From NCBI RefSeq assembly GCF_004010195.1, contig NC_057756.1, positions 4,532,413-4,596,412 of the forward strand: a stretch of DNA of 64,000 nt, read 5' to 3'. The DNA comes from Chiloscyllium plagiosum. Taxonomy: Eukaryota. Shown piece by piece: positions 1 through 10,645 of the stretch. The stretch's first letter is position 1; each line of letters begins with the position of its first letter. The notes below the pieces were generated by a model. It searched no databases. It worked only from the letters and a program-made list of their open reading frames with translations, and was not told where the DNA came from. The position numbers and the translations under genes were made by a program.

Positions 1-70
1 CTGCTGAGGACTGATCTTTCATCCTCAGAGAGGGGTAGGTCTGGAGGGATAGGAAAACACGGCAGGAATG
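1..70 (-). mobile_element. Penelope-like element ORF N-terminal fragment, continuing left of the window
   Basis: Minus strand reads ...CRVF-(frameshift)-IPPDLPLSEDERSVLS. This resembles the sequence expected just upstream of the GLxxIP...FFxxFRxxAYFF segment of the PLE copy at ~6860-6970. Confidence 0.6.
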
Positions 71-375
71 GGGGCTAGGACCTGGTGTGGGGCGGGAGCT
101 GAGTGTGGGGGCGGGATTAGGTCTGGGGGCGGGGACGGAGATCGGCGTGGGTGCGGGGTCGGGCGTGGTGATGGCGATAGGCGAAGGGGCGGGGTTAGAT
201 GTGGTGACGGAGATCGGCATGGGGGCGGGGTTAGGCATGCTGTCGGAGATCGACGAAAGGGCGGGGTTAGGCATGGTGACGGAGATCGTCGGAGATCGGC
301 GAAGGGGCGGGGTTAGGGTCGGAGATCGGCGAAAGGGCGGGGTTAGGGTCGGAGATCGGCGAAGGGGCGGGGTCG
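71..375. repeat. G-rich minisatellite with a 30-bp unit (GGAGATCGGCGAAGGGGCGGGGTTAGGGTC) and degenerate ~60-bp higher-order units
   Basis: Near-perfect units at 291-320, 321-350 and 351-374, with diverged copies at 100-290. Confidence 0.9.
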
Positions 376-3300
376 AAGATATTACCTATTAGGGTAAGTA
401 ACAAGGTCCCAATGAACGTTTGAAACTTCAGACACAATGGAACTTGGTTAATTAATCCCTCTCTGAAATAAAGCTCAAGGGCAAAGTAATCTTGAACTAG
501 ACCAGGGTTTGACAGTGGTAACACGATGGAGGCTAGAAAGCTGCACCATAATATGCAAGCAGGCTGGTTGCTGGTTAAGAAGGAAGTTCCAGACCTTCTT
601 CAACCACATACTTGCGAACATAACATTTATTCTCATCGGCCTGCAGCACCAAATAAAGAGGTTATCATGTTAAGAGACAACGGATCCTCTCAATATGTGA
701 TGCTGAAAGATGAAGAGTTCTGTACATCTAAAGGAATACTGCCAGAAATGAAACCAGCAACGGAAATTCATGTTAAGACAAGAAGTACTTAATTATGTAT
801 GTGTTAGTATCCGTTGAAGAGTGCAGAATTGATGGTAGGAGTTCTGGACAAACTCTCAGCTCCAGGAATTCAATTTGTTCTTGCCAATGATATAGTTGAT
901 TCACCCATAGGAGTGCTGCCTTCTGTGTTTGAAAAGCCAGGCAAATTAACTTTTGCAGAAGACATATCCTGAACTTTTTCCTGACTGTGAAGTAACGATG
1001 TCAAAAAGTCAACAGTTGAAATAAAAGAGACTAAAGAGAACAGATAAATAAAAGTCGAAGTGGACTTAGCAGAGACCTGTTTGGTCAGATGGTTGAGACA
1101 AGCCAGTAGCAGATCTATGACAATGCAGACATCTTTAGCTCAGACAAATTAACTTTGTTTCAGCAGAAAGATTAAAACTGAAAGCAACTGGATCAAAAGG
1201 CATATATAGAAAAAGAATCCAAGCATATTCCTGAATATTGTTATTCGTTACAATGGCGACTTAGTGGGGAAATGGAGGCCATCACATACCAGGGCAGTTG
1301 AGAAATATGCAGAAGTTCATCAAATCGTGTTGCCAGTGGGTTATAGAAACGAATAATTGTAGGTGACGCATGAGCCACCTTTTGAGGGTCAATTAGGTTT
1401 GATAAAAGCGCAGACTAAAGTACAAAAACATTTTTACTGACTTGGACTGCACAAGGATGGAGTTGAATTTTTCCAGACGTATCATTCATTTCAGGTAATT
1501 GGAAAACCACAGGCAGTAATAAAATCAGCACGAGTAATATCTATTCCAGTATTTGAGGAAATTCTTACAAGTCCCTTAATTGATTGTGTAGATCCGTTGC
1601 CTCATATAAAAAATTGGAAATTGTTATCAACAATGGATGGATCCACGAGATTTCCAGAGACCTCTCTATTTCACAATATTGCACTATCGATAGAGATAGA
1701 ATCAGATCAAGAGTCAAATTTCACATCAAAATTATTCAAGGAAGTTACGGACAGTTTAAGAATAAAACAATTCAAATCTGCTACATACTATCCAGAATCG
1801 CATGGAGCACTAAAAGATGACATCAGACATTAACGAGCACTTTGTGGACTTATAGTCAATACCATCCAGATGATTGTGATAAGGGAATTCCGTTTGTGCT
1901 TTCTGCGATCATAGATGCACGAATTGAATCGGCCAAATTCACTCAATTTGAATTAGACATGTGCCGTGAAGGGAGAGGACCATTAACATTGATTCTGGAG
2001 ATTTCTAAAGTCAGAAATCACGGACCACATATTTGGAACATGTGTCCAATTTTAGGGTAAAGCATTTGGACAGCATTTCAAAGTATCACAACATACAATG
2101 ACACAGGAAGTAAACAAGAAATCCGAAAATCGCAATTTTGCTATCGGGGATAAGCTATTAGTGTTACATCCAGAGATAGGTGAACTTTAATAGCATGGTT
2201 TCCTGTTTCTTATCAAGTCGTAAGGAAATTGAATAAGGTGAAAACAATTGAGTGACAGAAAAGAACTCAACGAATCAGTCATGTGAATATGTTCAAAAAG
2301 GTTTATTGGCAGGGGTGTAAATCAAGTGGATAATGTGTTATTGATTACAACACAACACAGAGAAAAGAACCAAGTTCAAAGGATTCCGATTTGGACATTT
2401 CTCAAATTAACTTGCACAATGAGAAAGTTAACAAAAACTGAGATAAATTATTGAGTTACCTTCCAGAGGAAAATTGAAACGACATGAAAGGGATAGTACT
2501 AATACATGGAGAGAAAAGTGGGAATAAGCTGGTAAGTACTAACCTGATTGTGCATGATATAGATACAGGAGATGCTGTTCTGTTTAAACAACATCGTTAT
2601 AGGCATAACCATGTAAAGCTGGCACGCGTTCAAAATGAGACAATGCATGATCTGAGATGATATAATCAAAGTGAGTTACAGAGACTGGAACTCACCCAGA
2701 GCAATGGTACCAAAACCTGATGGTGTGCAATGGTTATGCGTTCGCTACCGCAATGTCAATGCGGAAATAAAGACAATGTATATCCGATTCCCCTTGGAAG
2801 ACTGCGTTGACGACTTATGTTTCTCAGCTGGGCTTTCTCAGATGATACTGGAATGTAAATTTGACAGAAGTAGCAAAGGCGATGTCGCCTTTTGTATGAC
2901 TGAATGGACTGTATCAGTTTAAATTCATGTCATTTGACATGAAAAATACGCCAGCCACCTTTCAGAGACTAACCAATAAGGTTATTGCTGGATTATCCAA
3001 TTTTGTCAAGTATATTTTAGTGGTGATTTTTAGTCACACATGGAAAGAACATTGGCGACATTTGTCAGGCGTGTACCCACCAGATGCAAAAACCAAGGCA
3101 ATTGGAGGGTTTCCACACCATCGTCAAAAAGATCACTGCTATGTTTTCTGGGATTGAGCGGATGTTTTCGAATATTTGCACGAAATCTTAACAATATGGC
3201 TGCTCCGCTCTCTGAACTGCAAAAAAAACGCAAATAGTTTCAGTGGATAGTAGACTGTCAGAAGGCCATTTGACAGCCTGAAAGCTGTGGTAACCATTGC

Positions 3301-3754
3301 ACCAGTATTAGCCACAGCTGATTATGCAAAACAATTCAAGATGGCTGTCGATGTAAGTGATGTGGGTGTCGGTGCTGTGCTGTTGCAAGTATACAACCGC
3401 AAGATAGAAAGACCTAGTGGGCATTTCTCCAGGAAGTTAACCATTTGTGAGCAGAAATATTCCATGGCTGAGAAGACTTTGAACTTGGTTTTGGCATTAC
3501 AACATTTCAGTGTTCATGTTGCCAGCAACATATCTGAGGTAATCATACACATTGATCATAACACATTGACGGTTGTGTAGAAATTTAAGGGCAAAAATAC
3601 CTGACGGTTTAAATGGAGCTTGTTACAACAGCCATTCAACGACAAAACTGTGCATATGACAGGATAAGAAGACGTGGTTGCTGATGCGTTGCAGAGACCA
3701 GAATGAGAAATGGAGGCGTTTGTTGGCAGAGTATAACTGACAGAAACAGAATGT

Positions 3755-4380
3755 AATTCAAAGTGTGTGAGATGATTTGTAGATTGGGTGCTCGTTGTTG
3801 TAGTTCTGTTCGCCAAGCTGGGAATTTGTGTTGCAGACGTTTCGTCCCCCGTCTAGGTGACATCCGCAGTGCTTGGGAGCCTCCTGTGAAGCGCTTCTGT
3901 GTTGTTTCCTCTGGCATTTACAGTGGTTTGTCTCTGCCGCGTCCAGTTGTCAGTTCCAGCTGTCCGCTGCAGTGGCCGGTATATTGGGTCAAGGTCAATG
4001 TGTTTGTTGATAGAATCTGCGGATGAGTGCCATGCCTCTTGGAATTCCCTGGCTGTTCTCTGTTTGGTTTGTCCTATAATAATAGTGTTGTCCCAGTCGA
4101 ACACAAGCAGATGACAAACAACATGAGCCAGGGAATTCCAAGAGGCATGGCACTCGTCCACAGATTCTATCAACAAACACATCGACCTGGACCCAATATA
4201 CTGGCCACTGCAGCGGACAGCTGGAACTGACAACCGGAAGCGGCAGAGACAAACCACTGTAAATGCCAGAGGAAACAACACAGAAGCGCTTCACAGGAGG
4301 CTCCCAAGCACTGAGGATGTCACCTAGACAGGGGACGAAACGTCTGCAACACAAAATTCCCAGCTCGGCAAACAGAACCA
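3755..4380. mobile_element. Palindromic Penelope-like insertion: two inverted copies of the GIY-YIG C-terminus plus pLTR
   Basis: Arms ~3803-4054 and ~4126-4378 are near-perfect reverse complements. They encode FDWDNTIIIGQTKQRTAREFQEAWHSSADSINKHIDLDPIY. Flanked by the direct repeat AAACAGAATGT (3744-3754 and 4381-4391). Confidence 0.85.
4308..4347 (+). ncRNA. Minimal type I hammerhead ribozyme motif in a PLE pLTR
   Basis: GCA-CTGAGGA-tGTCaCC-tagaca-GGgGAC-GAAAC-GTC-TGC: both core boxes, stem II, a GUC site and a short GCA/TGC stem I. Confidence 0.75.
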
Positions 4381-4620
4381 AAACAGAATGTTATTGTGCA
4401 TGTTTCCATGTTTATGGTCAAAGCAAGTGCATGGTGTTTACGAGTACTGAAAAATTTTAAGAGGTTTCAAAATGAAGCATTCTTCGGGCATGGTGGCTCA
4501 TTTTTTTAAGGGGGTAGTGTGACTAAGCTGCTCCTTGAACAATGTTCTGCCATTCTTGCTTTTTTTTTCTTTTTCAGAGTGTTCGCAAATGACACAGACT
4601 CGGAAAATCCTGGGGTATAG

Positions 4621-6970
4621 CGTTTGAATGTCGAAGACTGTGGTGCTGGAAAAGCACAGCTAATTAGGCAGTATCAAAAGTGCAGGCGAATCGAAGTCTC
4701 GAGCAAAAGCCCTTTACCAGGAATTGGGGTTGTGCCTCAAGGGCGCTGAAAAATGAATGAAAAGGGGCGTGGTTGGGCTGAGCACAGCTGGAAATGCGAT
4801 CAGTAGTTGAAGGTGTAGGTGAAGCAATAGGTCGGAGAGAAGTGTGGAGTGGATAGGTGGGAAGGAAGGTAGAACAGCTGAAGAGACGGTTCCCTGTTGG
4901 AAGTTTGGATCTGGGATGAGGTTGGGAGGGGAAATGAGGAAACTGGCGAAATCCACATTGATACCGTGTCTTTGGAGGGTCCCAAGCCGGAAGACAAGGC
5001 GTTCATCTTCTAGGCTTCAGAGGAAGGGGGATGTTGGTGAATGAGGACTCGGACTTGCATGTCCTTGGCGGAGTGGAGTGGGGAATTAAAATGTTCAGCT
5101 ACAGGACAGTGATGTATGTTTATTGCATATGTCCCAGAGATGTTCTCTGAAATGCCCCGCAAGTTGGCCTCCTGCCTTGCTAACATCGAGAAGGCCACAT
5201 CGGGAGCAACGGACCCAGTAGATGACGTGGGTGGACGTCTAGTGTTGCATCTGGTAGGATTCTTTTCGGCCTTGGATGGAGGTAAGTGAAGTTGTGTGGG
5301 TGTAGGCTTGCACTCCTGGAAGGTGCTGGGAATGGAGGATGGATTGGTATGGACCGTGGACTTCACAACAGAGTCACGGAGAGACTGGTCGATACAGTGA
5401 AAATCCCTGGTTGTGGAATTTGTTTGTAGATGGCAGAAATGGCAGAGGATGATCCAATGTTTCAGGAAGTTGGTGGGATGGAAGATGAAGACCAGGGAGG
5501 TTCTGTGTTTGATGCAAATGGAGGTGTGGGGATCAAAGGCAGAGGTGCGGCAAGTGGAGGAGATGCTCTAGCGAGCATCATCGACCACGTGGGAGGGGAG
5601 TTTGTAGTCTTTCAATAACAGAGCCATCTTGCATGTTCTACGGTGAAATCTGTCCTCCTGGGAGCAGATGCAGTGGAGGCGAAGTATGTTGTATTATGGG
5701 ATAATGTTTTTATAGGAGACAGAGTGGAAGGACGTGTAGTCCAGTTAGCTGTCAGACTGGGTGGGTTTGTAGTAAATGACCGCATTAAGTAAGTTGCCAG
5801 AAATGGAGATGAAGAGGTCCAGGAAGTAGAGGAAGGTGTCCAACACAGTCCAGTTGAACTTGAGGTCGGTTGGAAGGTGTCAATAAAGTTAATGAACTGT
5901 TCAATCTTCTCGAGGGAGCACGACGTGGTGACAATGTAGTCATTGAGGAAAAGATGGGGAATTGGTGCAGCTGCAGAAAATGGGCACTTCCGTGTACACG
6001 GTGATGAGGTAGGCACAGCTGGGGCCCATGCCGGGACCCATGGCCACCCTGTTGCTCTGCAGATAGTGGATTCAAAGGAGAAAATGTTGAGACTGAGGAC
6101 CAGTTCAGCCCATCAAATGAGATTGTCATTGGAAGAGTACTGTTACTCAGCGTGAGAGGAAGAAACTACCGATTTCGAGGCCTACATCACAGTAGAAGAA
6201 TGTACATAATGACTCAATGTCCACATTGAAGATGAGGCGTTGAGGTCCAGGGCAACGAAAATCATGGAGGAGGTGGAGGACGTGTGTGGTGTCCCGAACA
6301 TAGGTGGGGAGTTCCTGAACCATGGCAGACAAATTGGCGTCAATATATGCAGAGATCGGTTTGGTGGGTCAGGAGCATTCTGACACAATGTGTCGACAGG
6401 GCAATGAGTTTTGCGAATTTTGGGCTGGACGTCGAATCGGGCAGTGCGGGGTTCCCGAACTATGAGGTTCGAGGCTGTGGGTGCGAGAGTCCCAGAGATA
6501 ATGGATGGTCTGGATATTATGCTTTGGTGATGGGAAGTGGCATTGCATTCAAGGGGGCAGTCAGAGGACGTGTCTACGTGTTGGCTTCTGGCTTCAGCAG
6601 TTCAGTAGTCGGTGTGCCAAACTACCACTGAGCCTCCCACTTGACTGCAGAATTGATTGTGATGTTGGTGTTGGAGCAGAGGGCGTGGAGGTCTGCACTT
6701 TGCGAGAGTGAAAGGTTGGAATACATGTTGAGGTGGTCAATGCTATGGCAGCAGTTGGAAATAAAGAGTTCCAGGACAGGTAAGAGATTAGCAAGGGGTG
6801 TCCAGGTGGAAGGAGTGTGTTGGAGGTGGGAAAATGGGCGCTCAGAAGTTGAGCGGGTGTCCTCATGAAAAAAGTAAGCAAGGCGGCGGAAATGGCCGAA
6901 GAAGTGTTTGATGTCGCAATGCATGTCAAATTCTTTGGTACAGGAATGTATTGGGATGACGATGAGGCCT
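4621..6970 (-). mobile_element. Decayed Penelope-like retroelement (RT + GIY-YIG + pLTR), minus copy
   Basis: Minus-strand peptides DIKHFFGHFRRLAYFF, VQELPTYVRDTTHVLHLLHDFRCPGPQRLIFNVDIESL and PVAEHFNSPLHSAKDMQV. pLTR at ~4621-4725. Confidence 0.85.
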
Positions 6971-8797
6971 GCTTCTGCCCCAGTGAACGTGTCTCTGCAT
7001 ATCTTGCCACCGTCCTGTCCCCCTTGGCGCAAGAATTCCCCACCTAGTTTCGGGGCACCACCCACCCCCTCCACGTCCTCCGTGACTTTCATTTCCTCAG
7101 CCCCCAACATTTCATCTTCCCCATGGATATCCAGTACCTGCACAGATCCATCCGCCATCTCAGAAGCTTTCAAATCATTTGTTTCCTTATCTCACGCCAA
7201 CCCAGCCAGTACCATTCCACTGGCATTCCCATTCAGTTGGCTGAACTGTTCCTCACATTCAACAACTTTTCCTGCAGAGATTTCCAATTCCTCCAGACCA
7301 AAGGGATAGCCATGGGCAACACATGGACCCAGCTATTGCCTGGCTCTTCGTCGGGTCGGTGGAATAGTCCATCTTTCACAGCTATATTGATTTCATTCCC
7401 CATCTTTTCCTCTGGTACATCGATGGCTGTGTCAGCACCACCTCGTCCTCCCACGAAGAGGCTGAGCAGTTGTCAACTTCACTAACACCTTCCACCCTGA
7501 CCACCGTTTAACCTGGAATTTCTCAAATTTCACCATCCCCTTCCTGAATCTCTCCATCTACAATTCCAACTACTGAGTCAACACGAAAATCTACTACAAA
7601 CCCACTGACTCCCACAGCTACCTCGACTACACCTCCTTTCACCCTGCCTCTTGTGAAAATGCTATCTCTTATTCTGAATTTCTCCAACTCCACCACATCT
7701 GCTCCTAACAGGACCAATTCCACCATAGAACATCCAAGCTGGCCTTGTTCTTCAAAGACTGCAAATTCCCCTCCCACATGGTCAACAATACCCTCCAGAG
7801 CAACCCCTCAACCTCACACACCTCCACCCTCGAGCGCTACCCCTGCAATTGCAAAAAGGACAGAACCACTTCATCCTCACCTTACACGCCACCAGACTCT
7901 GGATGCATTGCATCAACCTCCACCATTTCTGCCACCTACAAATAGACCCAGAAACAGAAACATATTCCCCACCAAACCCTTATCTGCGTATCAGAGAGAC
8001 CATTCCATCCACGAGTCCCTTGTTAGGTCCACGCTCCTCACCAACCCACCTTCCAATCCTGGCTCTTTATATTGCCACCGCAAGAAGTGCAGAACTATGC
8101 CCACACTTCCCTACTTACTCGGTCCTCGGCTCCAAAGTATCGTTTCACATCTAACAAACATTTACCTCTCCTTCCAAACACTTCAGCTTCTGAGTCCGTT
8201 GCTCCCAATGTGGCCTTCAAAGCATTTCTGATTACATCTCTTTGATACATGCAATTAACATCCCCACCGCCCTGTGGCCAAACACTTTGTTCCTCCTCCC
8301 AATCTGCCAAGAACATGCAAGTACAGGGCTGCCTCTATCGCCAAGCTCTAACCATCCGCAGCCTCGAGGAAAAACGCCTCATCTTCCACCTGAGTTCCTC
8401 CAAACACACGGGATCAATGTGGATTTCACGATCTTTCTCATTTCCCCTCCACCCACCTTACCACAGATCCAATCTCCCAACTCAGCAATGCCCTCTTGAA
8501 CTGTTCTACCCGCCTATCTTACTTCCAAACTATCCCGCTGCACCTTCCTGTCTGACCTATTACCTTCATCCCCATTTTCCACCTACTTCTCGCATTCCCA
8601 CCTACCTTCACTCCAGCCCCAGCCCATCCTATTCATCTGTCAGTCTCCTTGGGCCATAAGCCTCATTCCTGATGAAGGGCATAGGCTCAAAGTGGCAATT
8701 CGCCTGCTCCTTGGTTGCTGCCAGACCGGCTATGCTTTTCCAGCACCACACTCTTCGACTCTGAACTGCAGTATCTGCAGTTCTCACTTTCTCATTC
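6965..8797 (+). mobile_element. Decayed, 5'-truncated Penelope-like retroelement, plus copy, head-to-head with the minus copy
   Basis: ACFCPSERVSAYLATVLSPLAQEFPT, LAELFLTFNNF...QTKGIAMG and IRSLEEKRLIFHL. pLTR ATTCCTGATGAAGGGC...CCAGCACCACACTC at ~8665-8790. Confidence 0.85.
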
Positions 8798-10144
8798 TAG
8801 GGTGTTCGGGCCAGTCTATAATAGATAACAGTTACTGCATCAGGCTTTCACGTTAAAAAAGTGCACTTGCACAATGAAAGATGTATAGCCAGTTATCCCA
8901 GTTCAGCCCCCCGCTAATTTGATTTAGTTTTTAACGGTTTTATGAAAAAAACAACTTCTGTATCCAAAGAAGCAGGTTCAGGCTGATACTCTCTCTCTCT
9001 CTCTGACAGGTATACTGTAAGAATTTGTGTTTGATTTTACCTTTCGTGCCAAGGTGTGTTTATGGTGATTGTTGCAAATACTTGGAAGAACATCATTAAA
9101 ATGGAATGACCTGTTGGCTTTTCAGAGAGATTAAGTTCTTCAGTATTCTGTTTTCTGTTGTTTTTGTTTCATTCAGTAATCGTTAAAGTAAATGTTGTTT
9201 TGGTTAAAACTAAGTAGTATGGTTTGACCAGCTGATTCTCTCTTCCACTGTCCACTTTACACTTGCTTAAAACATCTAGCAAAGCTAGGGTCTGGGATAT
9301 ATGTTTGAAATGCTTTGAGCCATCTCAGCTGGTCCATGACATATGCCGCATTCATTTACACTAAAATTAGCAATTGCTGCTTAATCCAGGTTCACATTTC
9401 ACACTCAATTTTAACCATGTTAACGTATGTGCGCTGCTTGAAGAACACCAAACAAAAACACCTCACAAATATGCGTAGGAAACGTTTCTAGGAATACCAT
9501 GTCCCTCAGCTGAGAGTGCATGTGAAGTTGCTTGGGATAGCAGGAAATATGTAATTACTCTGTTGTTTTTGAATACGTGAATATTCTGAAGACAGTAAGA
9601 GGCTGTGGCATTCTTTTTTTTTTGACAGAGAGAGAATCCATTTCGCGACCATTGGACCTTTGTATTGTTTTTTTGTACAGATTTTATTTATTTCATCTCC
9701 CAATGTGTTAAATGAAAACAGAACACGTTGGAGTGGAAGCAACAAGTCTGGAATTATCTGTAAGGAGAGATACAGAGTGAATGTTTCGAGTCACATACAA
9801 GGAATACTCATGTCTGACCCCAGATATTAACTGCACTGCCCTCTCCATCGATGTTTCCAGTTCGGAAAAGTAATTGGACCACTATACATTATTATTTCTG
9901 ATTTCCATTATCTATTTTATTTTGCCTTTATTTTCGAAAAATGGTGATGTATTGGGAACTATCAGAGATGTCTAATGGAACAGTTTGAATACAAAGCGGA
10001 TTTTTTTTGAAAAGGAGGATACTACATCACGTTGCAAAAGTGTCACTGCATTTTGTTTATGATTCTTTACCATATTTCTTCTAATTATTTTTCTTCTTCA
10101 CGTCACAAAGAAACACACAAATTTTATACTTTGCACTTAAACAG

Positions 10145-10174
10145 AGAAGAAATTTCAACAAAAAGAAGACGAAG
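10145..10174 (+). CDS. Microexon 1 (30 nt, phase 1-1) of the B30.2 gene: xKKFQQKEDE
   Basis: ttttatactttgcacttaaacag| ... AAG|gtaagt. Open in the phase-1 frame. Confidence 0.75.
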
Positions 10175-10379
10175 GTAAGTACGTGTTTAAAATTTGCATT
10201 GATTCCCACCTCTATCACCATTACACGCACTGATTTCCAGATAACCGCAGTGTCTGTGAGAAATGTAAGTATTCTTTGAATATGATCTACTCTTATTGCA
10301 TTTTACATAAAAACTGTAGTTTTTTTTCTGTATCTTGAGTCTGTACAGAAATCTTTTCTTGCAGTCTATCCGATCTACT

Positions 10380-10645
10380 TTTTAAAATTTATTCATTCAT
10401 TTCGTGGGATGTCGGCGTCGCTGGCTGGCCAGCCTTCATTGCCCATCCCTAAACTGTACTTGAGAACGTGGTGGTGAGCTGCCTTTTTGAACTGCTGGAC
10501 TCTATTTGTTATTTGTTACTAACAATGCCATAAGGGAGACAATGCCAGGATTTATACTTAGTGACAATGAAGGAATGGCGATATATTTCCAAGTCATGAT
10601 GATGAGTGGCTTGGACGGGTACGTGAAGGTGGTGGTGTTCCAACG
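10380..10645 (-). mobile_element. LINE/SINE 3'-end-derived repeat fragment
   Basis: Shares GTGGTGAGCTGCCTTTTTGAAC...GGATGG...GGTGGTGGTGTTC with 40090-40280. Confidence 0.55.

Larger units (their letters stand above)
376..4517 (+). mobile_element. Decayed Gmr1-like Ty3/gypsy internal region (PR-IN-RT-RNaseH order)
   Basis: Protease-like MLRDNGSSQ (~665-695). Integrase core IESDQESNFTSKLFKEV...YYPESHGAL (1690-1815). RT MSFDMKNTPATFQRLTN (2927-). RNase H FKMAVDVSDVGVGAVLLQ...FSRKL (3335-3440). Many stops and frameshifts. Polypurine tract AAGGGGGTAG at 4508-4517. Confidence 0.9.
4518..9341 (+). mobile_element. 3' LTR of the first gypsy element, split by a ~4.2-kb PLE insertion
   Basis: Starts TGT right after the PPT, is interrupted at ~4620, resumes at ~8798 and ends ...GGTCCATGACA at 9341. 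The end resembles other LTR ends in the window. Confidence 0.65.

Noticed and set aside
68..524. Gly/Arg-rich ORFs
   Set aside because: Artefacts of the stop-free minisatellite.
9629..9661. Strong acceptor followed by a 33-nt open segment
   Set aside because: The donor is weak (gtattg), and the junction with microexon 1 would give TAG.
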